A stretch of DNA of 64,000 bases from Hyaloraphidium curvatum SAG 235-1 (GCA_025558095.1 JAIVFI010000016.1:496001-560000); one strand, 5' to 3'. Positions 47,120 through 58,938 are shown, counted from the first letter of the stretch. Notes: generated by a model from the letters alone, not told the origin. A program made the numbers and translations.

Positions 47120-47160
47120 ATTGCAGATATCCTCTGGTCTAATCTATAGTGAGTTCTGAT

Positions 47161-47949
47161 CTATAGCATGCTCCGTGCGCCTCGATCAAGCTCCCGAATC
47201 ACCACCCAGGTCCCTTGCATGGAGACCTTGCGGCCGATGACGAGATACGCGTCGATCAGTCCGTTTAAGGCCCGTCCGAGTATCTTCTTGGACAATCGCC
47301 CTTCGACCACGGTGCCAATCAGCTCGGGCTCAAGCTTGGAGCCATCCTGCTCAGAGGGCACTTCAGGCCGAGAAATGACATGAACGAGCGAGAAGGTTTC
47401 GGGATACTTGCTCGCAAGGAAGTGCCACTCTTTCGAAAAGAGCCACGCGTCCGACCTCGTCCGGTTTGCAAGGATCAAGAGTACGTTCCCGCCGGCTTCG
47501 AGCACCCGCTGCGCGGTGAGCGGCATTTCCGCAGCCCCGATTCCGAAGGCGACTAGCGCGACTCGTGCCCCGGGGTCGGTACGCAGCGTTTTAGTCCTCG
47601 TCCGCGCGATGTACGCCACGTCGCCGGGGCGCAGTGAGGCGAGGTACCCTGACATCGTTCCTCCGGGGTACACCTTGACGCAAACCGCAAATGACCCTTT
47701 AGTGTTTGCCGGGGTCACAATGGAGTAAGTCCGGCTCCTGAACCAGGAGTCTGGGCGACGAATCTTCACGTGGGTGTAAGGCTGCTCGAATCCAAGCTCC
47801 GCATCTTCGGATTCCAGGGCAAACGTGATGCGGACGACGGGGGGAGACGCGCCGGGAGCGGAAACGGTTTCGACGGAGACGACGGGGAAAGGCCTGAAGG
47901 CGATGCCGGGCCGCAGTGGCCCGCGCAGTGACGATGGGAAAATGCCCAT
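47161..47949 (-). CDS. FAD/NAD(P)-binding reductase (cytochrome-b5-reductase/FNR family)
   Basis: RTYS FAD motif, VKVYPGGTMS, AFGIG, LILANRT; start uncertain. Confidence 0.75.
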   Translation of the reverse strand: MGIFPSSLRGPLRPGIAFRPFPVVSVETVSAPGASPPVVRITFALESEDAELGFEQPYTHVKIRRPDSWFRSRTYSIVTPANTKGSFAVCVKVYPGGTMSGYLASLRPGDVAYIARTRTKTLRTDPGARVALVAFGIGAAEMPLTAQRVLEAGGNVLLILANRTRSDAWLFSKEWHFLASKYPETFSLVHVISRPEVPSEQDGSKLEPELIGTVVEGRLSKKILGRALNGLIDAYLVIGRKVSMQGTWVVIRELDRGARSML

Positions 47950-48175
47950 GTGTTTCAAAAGCAAATCCCGTCCTTCGGTTGCTTTTCGTGCGGGCTAAGG
48001 CGATTCGCAAGCCGTTACCGCTGTCCGCCTTCGTTTATCCTTGTGGTATTGGTGCCTCAGCAAAGTTTGCAAATCAGTATTCGGAACCGTTGGAGGCGAA
48101 GCGCGCGGTTGGGGAGACAAGGGACTGCCCGCCGCGGCTTCGTTGTCCGAAGACCGTCCCCCTGCCGTTGCAGAC

Positions 48176-51166
48176 ATGGAGGCCGCGGGGGGCGGGCCGC
48201 CTTTCGTCTGCCGAGACTGTGGTTTCTCGTTCAAGCGGTTGGCAAACCTCCGGGTCCATGAGAAGAAACACACTGGGGAAGCCGAGGTCTTCACCTGCGA
48301 GCTCTGCCCGGGAATCGAGTTCGGAAGGGTCTACGAGCTGCGGAGGCACATGGTGGTGACCCACGGCGCGCCCGGGGCGACGCCTTCGATCCAGAAGCAC
48401 GTCTGCAGCGAGTGCGGGTCCGAGTTTCGGCGGGCGGATGCTCTGAAGCGGCACCTGCGGCGAAGCGAAATCGTCCCGTGCCGCGAGCGGAAGGGGATAC
48501 CGGCCAGCGGGTCGCCTGTCAAGCCGCGGAGGACCGCGAACGGAGCCATCAAGCGGACCATGTCCCTCGCGCGGACTGCTCCTTTCGAACACGGCCCCTC
48601 TTTTGGCAGCAGCACCGAGTCCTTCGCGAGGGAAGGCTCGGAGCTTTCGTTTCACTCGAGCGGCGAGGCCGCCGTTTTCGAAGGAGGCGCGCCGTCCTAC
48701 GATTTTGGCCTTCTCGCTTCGGCGGCTGCCATCGCGGAAACGCCCTACGGGCGACCCGGGTTCGAAGATCCGACTTTGCCGGTGCCCCCGCCCCGCAACG
48801 ACTCGCCGTACGTGGACGGCGCTTCCGTCAGGTGGAATCCGGAGACCGTTCCCGCGACTCCCGCGACCCCTCAGCCTCCCGGACCGCTCACCCCGGCAAC
48901 GCTGGAGATGATGGGCTACATCACGCATGATCAGGCCGTCGGAGCCGGGGCTGCGATCGCGGGGCCGGTGCAGAGCGCGATCCCGGGGGATGCCGCTGCC
49001 CCACTACCGGATCAGGAAGACGACGGCCCGTCGGAGGTGCCGTACCCGATATTGGTCAAGGCCTTGCTTCCCCCGCAGCCCATTCCGGCGCCGCTTGTCT
49101 CGCTCACGACCCTGTATCCCTCGATTCCTCAAGCCCTTCTGCCGCCTTGGCCTATCATGTCGTACTTGCTGGAAGGCTTCTTCGAGTTCGACTTCCTGAG
49201 GACGCCGTGCTTACATCCTCCCACCTTTTACGACGACGTCGTCACTGGCCGCGCGGACCCGAACGTACTCTTGGCCGTGATGCTGAACGGCAGGAGGATG
49301 GCCAACTCAGAGATTGGCCTGCATCAAGTTAGCCTCGCCGGCGGCGGCTGGGAGCATGTGTTCGCGCCTGATGGAGCTTGGCCGGCGCTGCTGAAGGATG
49401 AGTGCGTCGCACGTGCCAACGCCGAGGCGCGGGCCTTGCGCGAAGCGCCTCCACCCGAGCTCGACACAGTCGATCCCGATCCAGCGCTCTTGGCTCGGCT
49501 TTCAGCGCTCGCGACCTTCGCTCAAATCTGTCGTCATGGCTTATCAGCAATGGGGGCAGTCGGCGAAGCGGTGGCGATGACGGACTTTTGGGCAGAGACC
49601 TTCCGACTGCTGCGCTTCGGCGAACTCCCCGGCGACGACTCATACAGTTCTCCGCACGATCTGCCCGAGTTCATCCGCCACGAGGTGCGATCGCGGCAGT
49701 GCGCAGCCCACATGATCGCCGATGCCGCGCTATCGGATGCCCTGGGCGTGCTCCCTGTGCTCGTCGATGGCCGCCGGGTTGTGATGGACGATTCAGGCCG
49801 GTTCAACGTTCCCTGGGGCAACATGGCCATCACCGCAGGGCCCAACATCCTCTTCGAGTCTCTTCCTGCGGCGAGGACGCCCCCACACGTGTGGGCGGGC
49901 ATTCTCAATGCCGAACGAACGATCGAGCTGGATGAACCCCCGTACGAGGTCCGCACGTCCCTTCTTCGGCTGTTCGAGGGCCTCCGTTGGCCGCGCCTCG
50001 GCATCGCCCACGCCCTCATCTGCATGCCCCCTTTCGACCCCCGCCGCGCCCAATGGGCGCGTGTGGCGGGCCGCGGCGCGCTCCGCAACGGCTACATCTG
50101 GATGCAAGCCGGTTTGACTCCCCTTTGGGCGCTGTTCGTGCGGTGCAAGGCCTTTTTCGTCCAGCGGGGTTGGAAACTGCATTCGCCGCCCGATGGACAC
50201 GAGGAGGACGAGGTCGAAGGGAGACGCATGAGGGGAGAGCTGCTGGCTGGGATCTCAGAGTATTTCAGGGAGCTTCATCCCAAGATTGGAAAACTGATCG
50301 CGAAAGCGGACGGCAAGGGGCTCAAGGACCTGACCGAGCGAGAGTGGGGGCGGCAATGGCGGACCACATTGTAGGCACCTCGGAGACTGCTCGCGTTCAC
50401 GGCTCGCTGACGTGTGGTTGCCACTCGCAGGCCCAACGCTATCGTGATCATGTTCACCCACCTCCTGATCCTCAACTCGCCCTCGGACATCTTCGACCGC
50501 GTCATCGTGGACGAGGGATGGCCGTACAGCCCGCAGTTTGTGGAGGCAGAGGCCCTTGCGATGACGGTTAGCAAGATCTGCCGCTCTTCGATGCGTGTGG
50601 AGCCCCCTGAAGGCCCCGCACGCCCGGGGGAGCTGGAAGAGGATCGCCAGCGGCGGTATCGCCTCCGGCGCGAGGACGAGATGAAGCGAATCAGCCCGGT
50701 GTGGGGACTCGTCGCGCTGCGGGCGTGCTGGGTGCATGTCGTGGCCATCAGGAAGTTCCGGGCGCTGTTGAAGCAGCACAGCGGAGACGCGGAGCTGATT
50801 CAGCTCGCACTGGGGACGGTGCGCAACCTGATTGAGGATGTGGACGGTGTTCTCGAAGGTGCTCGTTGATGTGCAAAGAGCATGCAGCTTTCGCTCACCC
50901 TGCTCTCGCTAGGTCTCGGGAGTACCGGCTCGTCTTTCAAGCAGATTCACTCGGCTTACAATGTGGTTCGGGATCTGGTCGAGCGCGACATCATGTGGGT
51001 TCCAGCGCAAGATGGCCATCCCGGCGCACGCCCTCATCTTCTCCCTAGGACGCTCGTCGACCCGAATCACCCCGAGAGCCCTGAAGCTGTGTGGATCGGG
51101 CCATCACCTGAGGAAATGAGGAAGCTGCGCTTCAACATCGAGTCTTCGAGCACGTTTACGAACTAG
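48176..51166 (+). CDS. C2H2 zinc-finger transcription factor with a fungal-TF-like middle domain
   Basis: Three zinc fingers (CRDC..H..H, CELC..H..H, CSEC..H); FF....PCLHPPTF motif; introns near 50371-50430 and 50859-50912. Confidence 0.8.
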
Positions 51167-51290
51167 GTTGGCTTCGGCGTCATGTACTAGGTTGGTTTGG
51201 CGTCATGTTCTTTCGTCTTCTTCTTCCCATTACATACGCTTCGAAGGCAACACCGTTTCATGCCCGGCCGAAGCCGTACATCGCAGTACG

Positions 51291-52671
51291 TCACACGGCA
51301 GCGGGGCAGAAGCTCTCGACGGTCAGCACCACCCCCGCCGACCTCAGCAGCGTCCACACGCCGATCGCCAGCGTCCCCGCCCCCGCCGCGAAGCTCCTCA
51401 GCCCGCCCCACCCGATCGCGATCCCCCACATCCTCGCCCGCACCCCGTCCAGCTCCCCGAACGCGCGCACGGCGCCCTCCCAATCCCGCATCTCCCCGGC
51501 CAGCTTCTCGTCCCCGGCGTAGCCCGCGCGCGCGGTCCATTCCCGGAGCAGGCCCGCGGCGGCAGCGTACCGATCCGACGCTTTGCCCGGACCGGCATTG
51601 GACGCCGCCAATACCGCCAGGTCGTTGCCCACGAGCACCAGGCCCACCATGTTGCACAGAAGCAGGCCGATATTGATGCAGCCCGCGGCGGCGGCGGTGA
51701 AGATGCACGGCAGGATCCAACCCGGGAAGATGAGCGCAAAGAGGTGGCGGGAGCGCGCGAGGTCCTGCAGGCGAGGCGCCACCGCGACGCCAGGCGGGAG
51801 CGCAGGATCGAGTGCGGGACGATGTCCGGTGCGGCGGGGGAGGGCTGCGGAGGAGGCAGGCCGCGCTCCGCGGAATCGAGACGGGCGAGGAGGGAGGCGA
51901 GGGTGGAGCGGAGCGAGAGGTCCACGGAGCGGAGCTGCACGCGGTTGGAGAGTTCGATGAGGGCGGCGTACGAGGGGTTGGTGCTGAGCACGGAAAAGAG
52001 GTTCGTGACGAGGGTGAAGAGGAGGCCGATGGAGGCAGCTGCGGCCTATGCCGATGACCAGACCGGGCCGCCAAAGATACCAGCGGTGTCCAGGCGGGAA
52101 AGATGAAGGTAGCCAGCTGGGAGAGGACGAGCATTGTGGCTATGGTCACGAAGCGCGACCAGCCGAAGGCGGCGGGCAGCCTGCCGGTGCAGCCCAGCGC
52201 GTGGCAGGGGCACATGCTGTCGCCGTCCTCGTGGCGCACCAGCGGCGACGTGCCCTCCAGCACCAAGGCATGCCACCGCACGACGCCCTCGAGCACGTTG
52301 CCGTAGATGGCCGGCACGCCGGGCAGGCGCAGCATGAAGATGGCGTACATCGCGAAGACGTAGATGTTCGAGAACGCAACGGCGGCGAAGCCCACAGCCA
52401 GCGCCTTCTGCGAATAGCGGCCGTCGTTGTAGACCCATGCCGATGCCATGAGCGGCAGTCCCGAGGCGATCCAGCCCAGGAAGTATGTTGGGAGAAAAAG
52501 GCGCGTCCGGAGCGCCTTTTTTCCTGGGCGGGAGGGGGAAAGGAAAGGGGGAAGGAGAAAGGGAAAGGGGGGAGGGGGGAGAGGGGGGCCGAACGGGCGG
52601 TCCTCCTCGGCGGTCGAGAATCTCGGAACGATCGCGGCCCACTCCGCGGCAGTGAACCGAGGCGCGTCCAT
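51291..52671 (-). pseudogene. Multi-TM GR-like/DUF3537-like protein copy B, disrupted
   Basis: Start MDAPRF; frameshift near 52062 plus TAG at 52046-52048; a second frameshift near 51778; the homologous sequence is spread over three frames. Confidence 0.65.
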
Positions 52672-52773
52672 GGCCGCCGCGGGCGGATCCGTGCGCTGTT
52701 TGCCTCTGTTTGGGTGTCGCGTCATCAGGACGTCCATGAACCTCCCCAGACAAACCGAGCGTGGGTATAGCAA

Positions 52774-53856
52774 ATGGACTCGGACTCGGGCTCCGATGAC
52801 GTGGCACGGCCGGGCAAGCGCCGGCTGTCGCCGTCGTCGGAGGGCTCCGCGGGCGGCGCGGCGCGGGACGACGACGACGCGTTCCCGCGCGACGCCGCGA
52901 AGCTCGCCCGCCGCAGCGCCGACAGCGGCTCCGACGACGATGCGACGCGCCCGCCGCCGCTGCGGTGCGCCGTGACCCCCGCCTGCCTGCGCCTCGGCGC
53001 GTTCCCGTCGCCCGCCTTCTTCGAGGCGCACGTGCTGCGATTCCACACCAACGTGTGCTCCGCCTGCCGCCGCCTGCTGCCCACGCCGCACCTGCTCGCG
53101 CTGCACGTGGAGGAGTGCCACGACTCGTTCTTTGCCGCCAGGGCGGCGAGGGGGGACAGGTGCTACGCGTGCCTGGCGCCCTCCTGCGCGAAGAAGTTCC
53201 GCGATCCGGCGAGGAGGAGGAGGCATGCCATGGACAAGCACGGGTATCCGAAGGAGTACAATTGGGGGGTGGTGCTGGGCGTCAGGCAGAGGGACGGGGT
53301 GGCGGGGACGGCGTCCGAGTTTGGCGGGACGGCGGGCAAGGTCGGGGCCGCGACGCCGTCGGGGTGGAAGTCCAAGGGCGGGAGCAAGCCCAGGGCGATG
53401 GACGTCGATGGTGGTGCGGCCGCCGTGCCGGACGGGGCACCTGCAGCGTCTTCATCCGATCGGACACCCGCCGGCCGCGCCGACGGGGACCGTCCCGAAG
53501 CGGACCGCCCAGCCAACCCCTCCCCCACCCCCTCCCCATCCTCCTCCGACTCGGAAATGGACCTCACCGCCCCGCTCACCCGGCTGCAGCTCGCCCCCCG
53601 CCCCGACGTCATGAAGCGCAAGGGCCGCGGCGCCCACGCGGCGTTCTACCACCCCCGCGCGCCCGAGGAGCCGCCGCCAAGGGCCAAAGAGGAAGGGTGG
53701 GGGGACGGGAAGATCGCGTGGGCGTGGGGGAAGATCGTGCCGAGGAGCGTGGCGATGAAGAAGAAGGGGGAGGCGGGGAAGGCGGGGAAGGGGGCGGATG
53801 GGGGGCAGGCGGACAAGGGCGGGGAAGATGAGGTGAAGGATGTGGAGATGGAATGA
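52774..53856 (+). CDS. ZNF511-like C2H2 zinc-finger protein
   Basis: FEAHV..FHTNVCSAC..LPTPHLLALHVEECHDSFF..YACL...C.KKF....RRRH..DKHGYP. Confidence 0.85.
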   Translation: MDSDSGSDDVARPGKRRLSPSSEGSAGGAARDDDDAFPRDAAKLARRSADSGSDDDATRPPPLRCAVTPACLRLGAFPSPAFFEAHVLRFHTNVCSACRRLLPTPHLLALHVEECHDSFFAARAARGDRCYACLAPSCAKKFRDPARRRRHAMDKHGYPKEYNWGVVLGVRQRDGVAGTASEFGGTAGKVGAATPSGWKSKGGSKPRAMDVDGGAAAVPDGAPAASSSDRTPAGRADGDRPEADRPANPSPTPSPSSSDSEMDLTAPLTRLQLAPRPDVMKRKGRGAHAAFYHPRAPEEPPPRAKEEGWGDGKIAWAWGKIVPRSVAMKKKGEAGKAGKGADGGQADKGGEDEVKDVEME

Positions 53857-54168
53857 GCTGTAGCTAGGCGCAAAGGTCTCGAAGGCACGGTTGCTTGTTG
53901 GTCTCGACGACGATCGGCTTGTGAAAGACCCCCGAGAACCAAGGTGGTCGCCCGCGCACAGCCATCCAACTTCCCCGAATCAGACCCGAGCTCCCCATCA
54001 GGCAAACACCTCGGCCGCACGCCGCCCATCCCTCGGCGCTCTACGCCCGCATCGCACTCCACCGCCTCGTGCGCGCGCCGTCCGGGCAGCGCGGAGATAC
54101 AGGTCACCGGTGCCCATCCCTCGCGGCGAGCGTCCCTCACACATCGTCCCTGGCCGCCCCCAAAAGCG

Positions 54169-54664
54169 ATGTCGTCGAACCGCAGCTCTCAGATGCCCGC
54201 GGCGACCCTGTCGGCGACGACGGTTGCCCCGCACCAGCAGGGCGCGCAGGAAAGCAACCAGGTGGGAACTTCCGTCCCCCTCGTCGTCGGGCACCGCTCA
54301 CCTCCCAAATTCGCGGGTCACACAGCCTTCCCCCGCCAGTGCCCTCTCCACCGACGCCCCGGCTCCCCCCCGCACCCCTGCCAGGAGCCCCCGGCCTGCC
54401 CTGACCGTGCGCATCCCCACCGCCTCCCCCGGATACGGCCCGCTCACGGAGCGCCACACCGGGCGGCTCGGCAGCCCGGAGAGGCCCAGGAGCCCGCTGC
54501 GGAAGGAGGTGCTGCCGCGGGACGAGGACGGGGACGAGGAGATGGAGGAGGCAGACGGCGGACAGGCGGAGGAGAGGGGGAAGGCGCGGCAGGGGGGCGG
54601 CAAGGAGGAGAAGAGGGCAAAGAGGATGAGGAGGACGAGCTCGGGGAACTTGGGTGCGCAGTGA
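54169..54664 (+). CDS. Small low-complexity hypothetical protein
   Basis: MSSNRS exon plus a GTGGG...CACAG intron into an SP/TP-rich exon with a basic, NLS-like tail. Confidence 0.35.
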
Positions 54665-55152
54665 TGGCGGAGACTCGAAGGGGACGAAAATTGGCGAGAG
54701 GGACACATGGACTTGCACCGGCTCGGACGGCGGGTGGATGCGCGGCTGTCGCGCGGACGCGCCGCGCACCTGACTACCGGAGGGATTGATTTTTGACTCA
54801 CGGCAGAGCATGTAGCGCTTGTAGGCTAATTGAGGGACCAGCGTGACTTGGTGGCCGGCCGGGGAACGGAAGCCGTCTGTCGTGCACGACGCGGCGAGGG
54901 GAGCGGACCGTTTGACGGGGACGATCGGAGCATGTCGATTCTAGTGGTCCATTGCAGGCAGGCAAACTGTGAGTCGCATGCTGTGTTGCGTTGCGACACG
55001 CGGGGGCGCAAAAAGGACACGCGTGCGCAAGGACGCCCGGAACCGGAGATCGGAAACCGCCCGGCATTGCCCTTTCCCCGCTTTTCCAAACCGTTCCGCG
55101 GGCACGGATCCGACCTACTCCGCGATCGCGCTTGCTCTGAACGAGAACAAGG

Positions 55153-56963
55153 ATGTCCCCGCGGGGCGCCGCGAGCTTCTGGCTGGCCGCGGCGGCCGCC
55201 GCACTGGTCGCGCTGGGCCTGTCGCTCGGCGTCGTCGCGGCGCCTGTCAACGGCTCCCTTTCCGTGACGTCCTTCTTCTCGTCGCTGCGGAGGCGCCAGG
55301 GACCCCAGATGGGTGAGAACTGCTGCAACGCGCGGTGCCCTGACTGTGACTCTCCAGCTGACGGAGTCCGATTCACCGCAGACTGGGGACGCAACTACCG
55401 TGTCCTGCAGAGCATCGCGGCACAGGCTTCCCTTGACGTCTACGGCGCCGACGTATACGAGTACTCCTTCAGTATTGCCGGCGCGGACGGCAGCTGCGAT
55501 ACAGCCCGATTCGTTCGCAGGCACAGGCACCCCGAGGTCGCCGTCTACGAAGATTTGCGCCTGGGCTGGCAGATGCTCGTCTTCAGGGGCACGGACGGAT
55601 TCGAGGACTTCACAGACAACCTGTTGGCTTTGGGAAACAACTGCGATATCGGGGGTCCGTGCGGGCGCGTGCATTGGGGATACTACAGGGAGTTCCAGGT
55701 GCGGATGGGATGGCTCCAGAGCGTCCTCGACTTCAACTCCCGCATGCTTGTCACGGGGCATTCCCTCGGTCAGTCTGCTGGCCTCGCAATTTGGATGCCG
55801 GTGTTGATGGATACGTGTTTGACAGGCGGCGGAATGGCGGTTCTGGGAGGTCTTTACGTGCAGCGCCGTGGGGCCCCTGAAGTCCACGTTGTCACTTTCG
55901 GGCAACCCAGCGTGACGGACGAGACTTTTCGTTCCGTTTTCAACGGCGCCGGAATTACCTACGACCGTTTCTTCACATCGTGCGGCCCCTACATCGACTG
56001 GGTGGTTCGGGACCTTTATCCGGGCTTCAACCATTTTGGAAACCATATACCCCTGGCAGCATCCAGTTGCGACGATCTGCACAGCTCGACGCTCTACGCA
56101 TCGCTCCTGCAACCACTACGAGGGGACGTGCAATGCACGGCGCCGCCTCCCCCGCCATCTTCCAATCTCGGGTGCACATGCACGAGCAGTTGCGGTCCCT
56201 CCCCTGAGGAACCGCGCAGCTGGTGCTGGACCCAGGCGGGCTGCGGACAGCAGCACACCACCCTCGGCATCTGGACCAGCTACTGGGACTACTGCGACGG
56301 GCAGCACGGGGGTAGCGGCTCGGAAAACTACGCCAGCGACCATTCGTCGGCCTCCACGGGCGCATGCGGCGGCCCGCCGTACTCCCGCACGCCTTCGGAC
56401 GACACGCCCGAGATGACCTGCCGCGGTAAGTAAGCCTATGCAACGTTCTTCCTCTATCCGCATTTCTGATCTTGCACGCAGCTCCAACGGGTGGTCCGAG
56501 TTATCCTGGAAGCTCGTGGACGTGCCTCCAAGACGAAGGCGGCGCGGACATGTGGGTGCCGGTCAAGCGGACGGAGCAGGGACAGGTCGGATGCATGTCA
56601 ACGAACTCTTGGGACTGGTGCGTTTCCTATAGCCATCGTCCTTGCAGCACTGACTTCCTTTTGTCCAGCATTTGGGCTCCGAGGTCCTGCTGCGAGAGAG
56701 TTGCGGCCTCCGGGGATGACACGTCGCCTTACTTTGAGGTCTGTTGTCGCTGTGGTTGCCACTGCATTGCCATATTTATAATGTGCATTCAGTGCGGAAG
56801 CTTGCACTACAGGATCTGGGGCACATCGGGATACAGCGACCCGTACGTTTGATTCTTCTTTGAGAGATCTGCAGCTAATCGATCGCTCCTCAGCAACCAC
56901 TGGTGCTACAGGGGCTGGCAAGCTCTGAACCCGGGCCAGCCCATGCCGGTGGTTCAGTGCTGA
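55153..56963 (+). CDS. Secreted class 3 lipase with C-terminal Cys/Trp-rich modules
   Basis: Signal peptide, VFRGT, VHWGY, GHSLG, TFGQP; after intron 56426-56481, further exons end ...NHWCYRGWQ...VQC*. Confidence 0.75.
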
Positions 56964-57363
56964 TCTTGCAGGCATCTGCGGCCATCTTCCCCGCTCTGGG
57001 TCATCGACGCGACCACCTCCAACGCGTTCGACATTGGGGCATACCTATAGCATCCACATAGACATTCCCTCAGTTATTCATCGCACTCAATCTTAGCTTC
57101 CGCGCTTCCGAGCATGTAGACTTGTCAACAGAGATGATTGATTGGACACCTTCGATAACGGCCCGCCGCAAGTTGATGCGGGCATCCAACCCCTAGTGTA
57201 TGAAGCCTTGCTTGCAGTCGCGGCTTATTCGCTTGTATGGTGCAACCGAAGCGTTTTCTTCAAAGTCCGGGCAAGGGCGTGAGGCGGGGAGCGGCCGCCG
57301 CTTCCCACATTTGCCTCTCGGCTTGACGCGAACATCTCGGGCCTGCAGCCGCGGCCGAGGACC

Positions 57364-58938
57364 ATGGCCGACCCTCCCGGCGCGGGATCGCCGGGTAAAG
57401 ATCCGGATCAAAACGTCGATGGAGAGCTCGCGCCGCCTGCGCCCTCTCTTTCGGTTGTGGCGACTCCGGAAGTTCGCGAGAGTCTCCCCGCGCCCGAATT
57501 GCCGCCGGAAGGAACCGGCAACGGCGCTCTGGAGGTGAAGCAATCCTACGAGTCAGTTGGCTCGGCGGAGAGCACCGTCGCCGTGCCCACCGCGGACCCC
57601 GCGGACTCGGATGCCAGAACCCCACCGGCTGCTGAACCAGATCCGGCGGCGGGGAAGTTGGTCATGGACTGGAAGCTGCTCCTGCTCATTGCGGTCGCCG
57701 GCTCCGTCGCCGTCGGCCAGCTCTACAACACTCAGCCGCTCTTGAGTACTGTCGAGGTGGTGTTCGGAGTGTCAACATCGACCGCGGGGTCCGTGGTCGC
57801 GCTCACGCAAGGCGGATACGCAATTACGCTGATCCTCGTGACTCCGCTCGCCGACATTCTTCCCCGGAAAGAACTCATCTGCGGCCTCTACGTCGCCACC
57901 ATCGCCTGCACCGTTGGCTTGGCACTCGTGCCCAACATCGTCGGCTTCCAGGTGCTTTCCTTTTTCATCGGCTTCTTCACCTGCTCGGGACAGGTGCTCA
58001 TGCCGCTCGCGGCCGAGCTCTCGCCGCCGGGCAGGATGGGCAGGAACCTCGCTATCATCTCCACTGGCATGACCCTCGCGGTTCTGATGGCTCGCCTCAT
58101 GTCCGGCATCATTTCGGACCGCCTTGGCTTCCGCCAGGTGTACTGGATCGCCGCCGGCGTGCAGGGCTTCGTCCTCGTCCTGATGGTGCTGTTCCTCCCC
58201 CGAGTGCCCCACGAGACGGCCAAGGAGAGCTACCCGACCCTGCTCCGCTCCATGGTCTCGCTGCTCTTCCACGATCCCGTGCTGCAGCACAGCGCCGCCA
58301 TTGCCCTGTTCTGCTTCGCCGCCTTCACGACCTTCTGGACCACCACATCCTTCCTCCTTTCCTCCCCTCCCTTTTCGTACACGGACGCGCAGATCGGCCT
58401 GCTCGCCGTGCCAGGCGCCGCAGGCGTCCTCATGGTTTCCTTCGTCGGCCGCCTGGGGGACCGTTTCGGGCCGTTTGCCGTCATCGGACTCGGCATCGGG
58501 CTCACCCTGGTCTCGTGGATCCAGTGCCTCATCTTCGGATCTTGGGCCGCGGCATCCGTGTTCGTCTGTGCCTTTGCTCTGGACTTTGGGGTCCAAGTCC
58601 AACAAGTTTTGAATCAGATGAGGATCTTCGGCACGCGCGCACGGGCGTCGGGCAAGCGGAGCAGGCTGAACGGCATCTACATGCTCGTCGGCTACTCGGG
58701 AACCTTCATCGGCAGTGCCGTCGGCACGGCTTGCTACGTGAGGGCCGGATGGACCGGCGCTGGTGGCGCAGGAACCGGATTTGCGCTGCTGGCCCTGATC
58801 GTGTGGATCGGAGGAGGACCGGGAGGCAGGCCCAAGTCCTGGGGAGGGGAGGAGGAGTGGCGATGGCCGTGGGTCCGAGCGCCCGTTGCTCCTGCGCCGA
58901 CTGCGGACGTGGAGATGGCGGCGAAGCCGGATAACTAG
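57364..58938 (+). CDS. MFS transporter (YnfM/YbcL-like)
   Basis: LYNTQPLL, TQGGYA..L..TPLAD, RSRLNGIYM..SG..IGS; about 12 TMs; intronless. Confidence 0.88.
   Translation: MADPPGAGSPGKDPDQNVDGELAPPAPSLSVVATPEVRESLPAPELPPEGTGNGALEVKQSYESVGSAESTVAVPTADPADSDARTPPAAEPDPAAGKLVMDWKLLLLIAVAGSVAVGQLYNTQPLLSTVEVVFGVSTSTAGSVVALTQGGYAITLILVTPLADILPRKELICGLYVATIACTVGLALVPNIVGFQVLSFFIGFFTCSGQVLMPLAAELSPPGRMGRNLAIISTGMTLAVLMARLMSGIISDRLGFRQVYWIAAGVQGFVLVLMVLFLPRVPHETAKESYPTLLRSMVSLLFHDPVLQHSAAIALFCFAAFTTFWTTTSFLLSSPPFSYTDAQIGLLAVPGAAGVLMVSFVGRLGDRFGPFAVIGLGIGLTLVSWIQCLIFGSWAAASVFVCAFALDFGVQVQQVLNQMRIFGTRARASGKRSRLNGIYMLVGYSGTFIGSAVGTACYVRAGWTGAGGAGTGFALLALIVWIGGGPGGRPKSWGGEEEWRWPWVRAPVAPAPTADVEMAAKPDN

Noticed and set aside
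52520-52590. Purine-rich G/A tract as a regulatory repeat or G-quadruplex
   Set aside because: It is explained by Pro/Phe/Leu codons on the minus strand of the 7TM-like gene.
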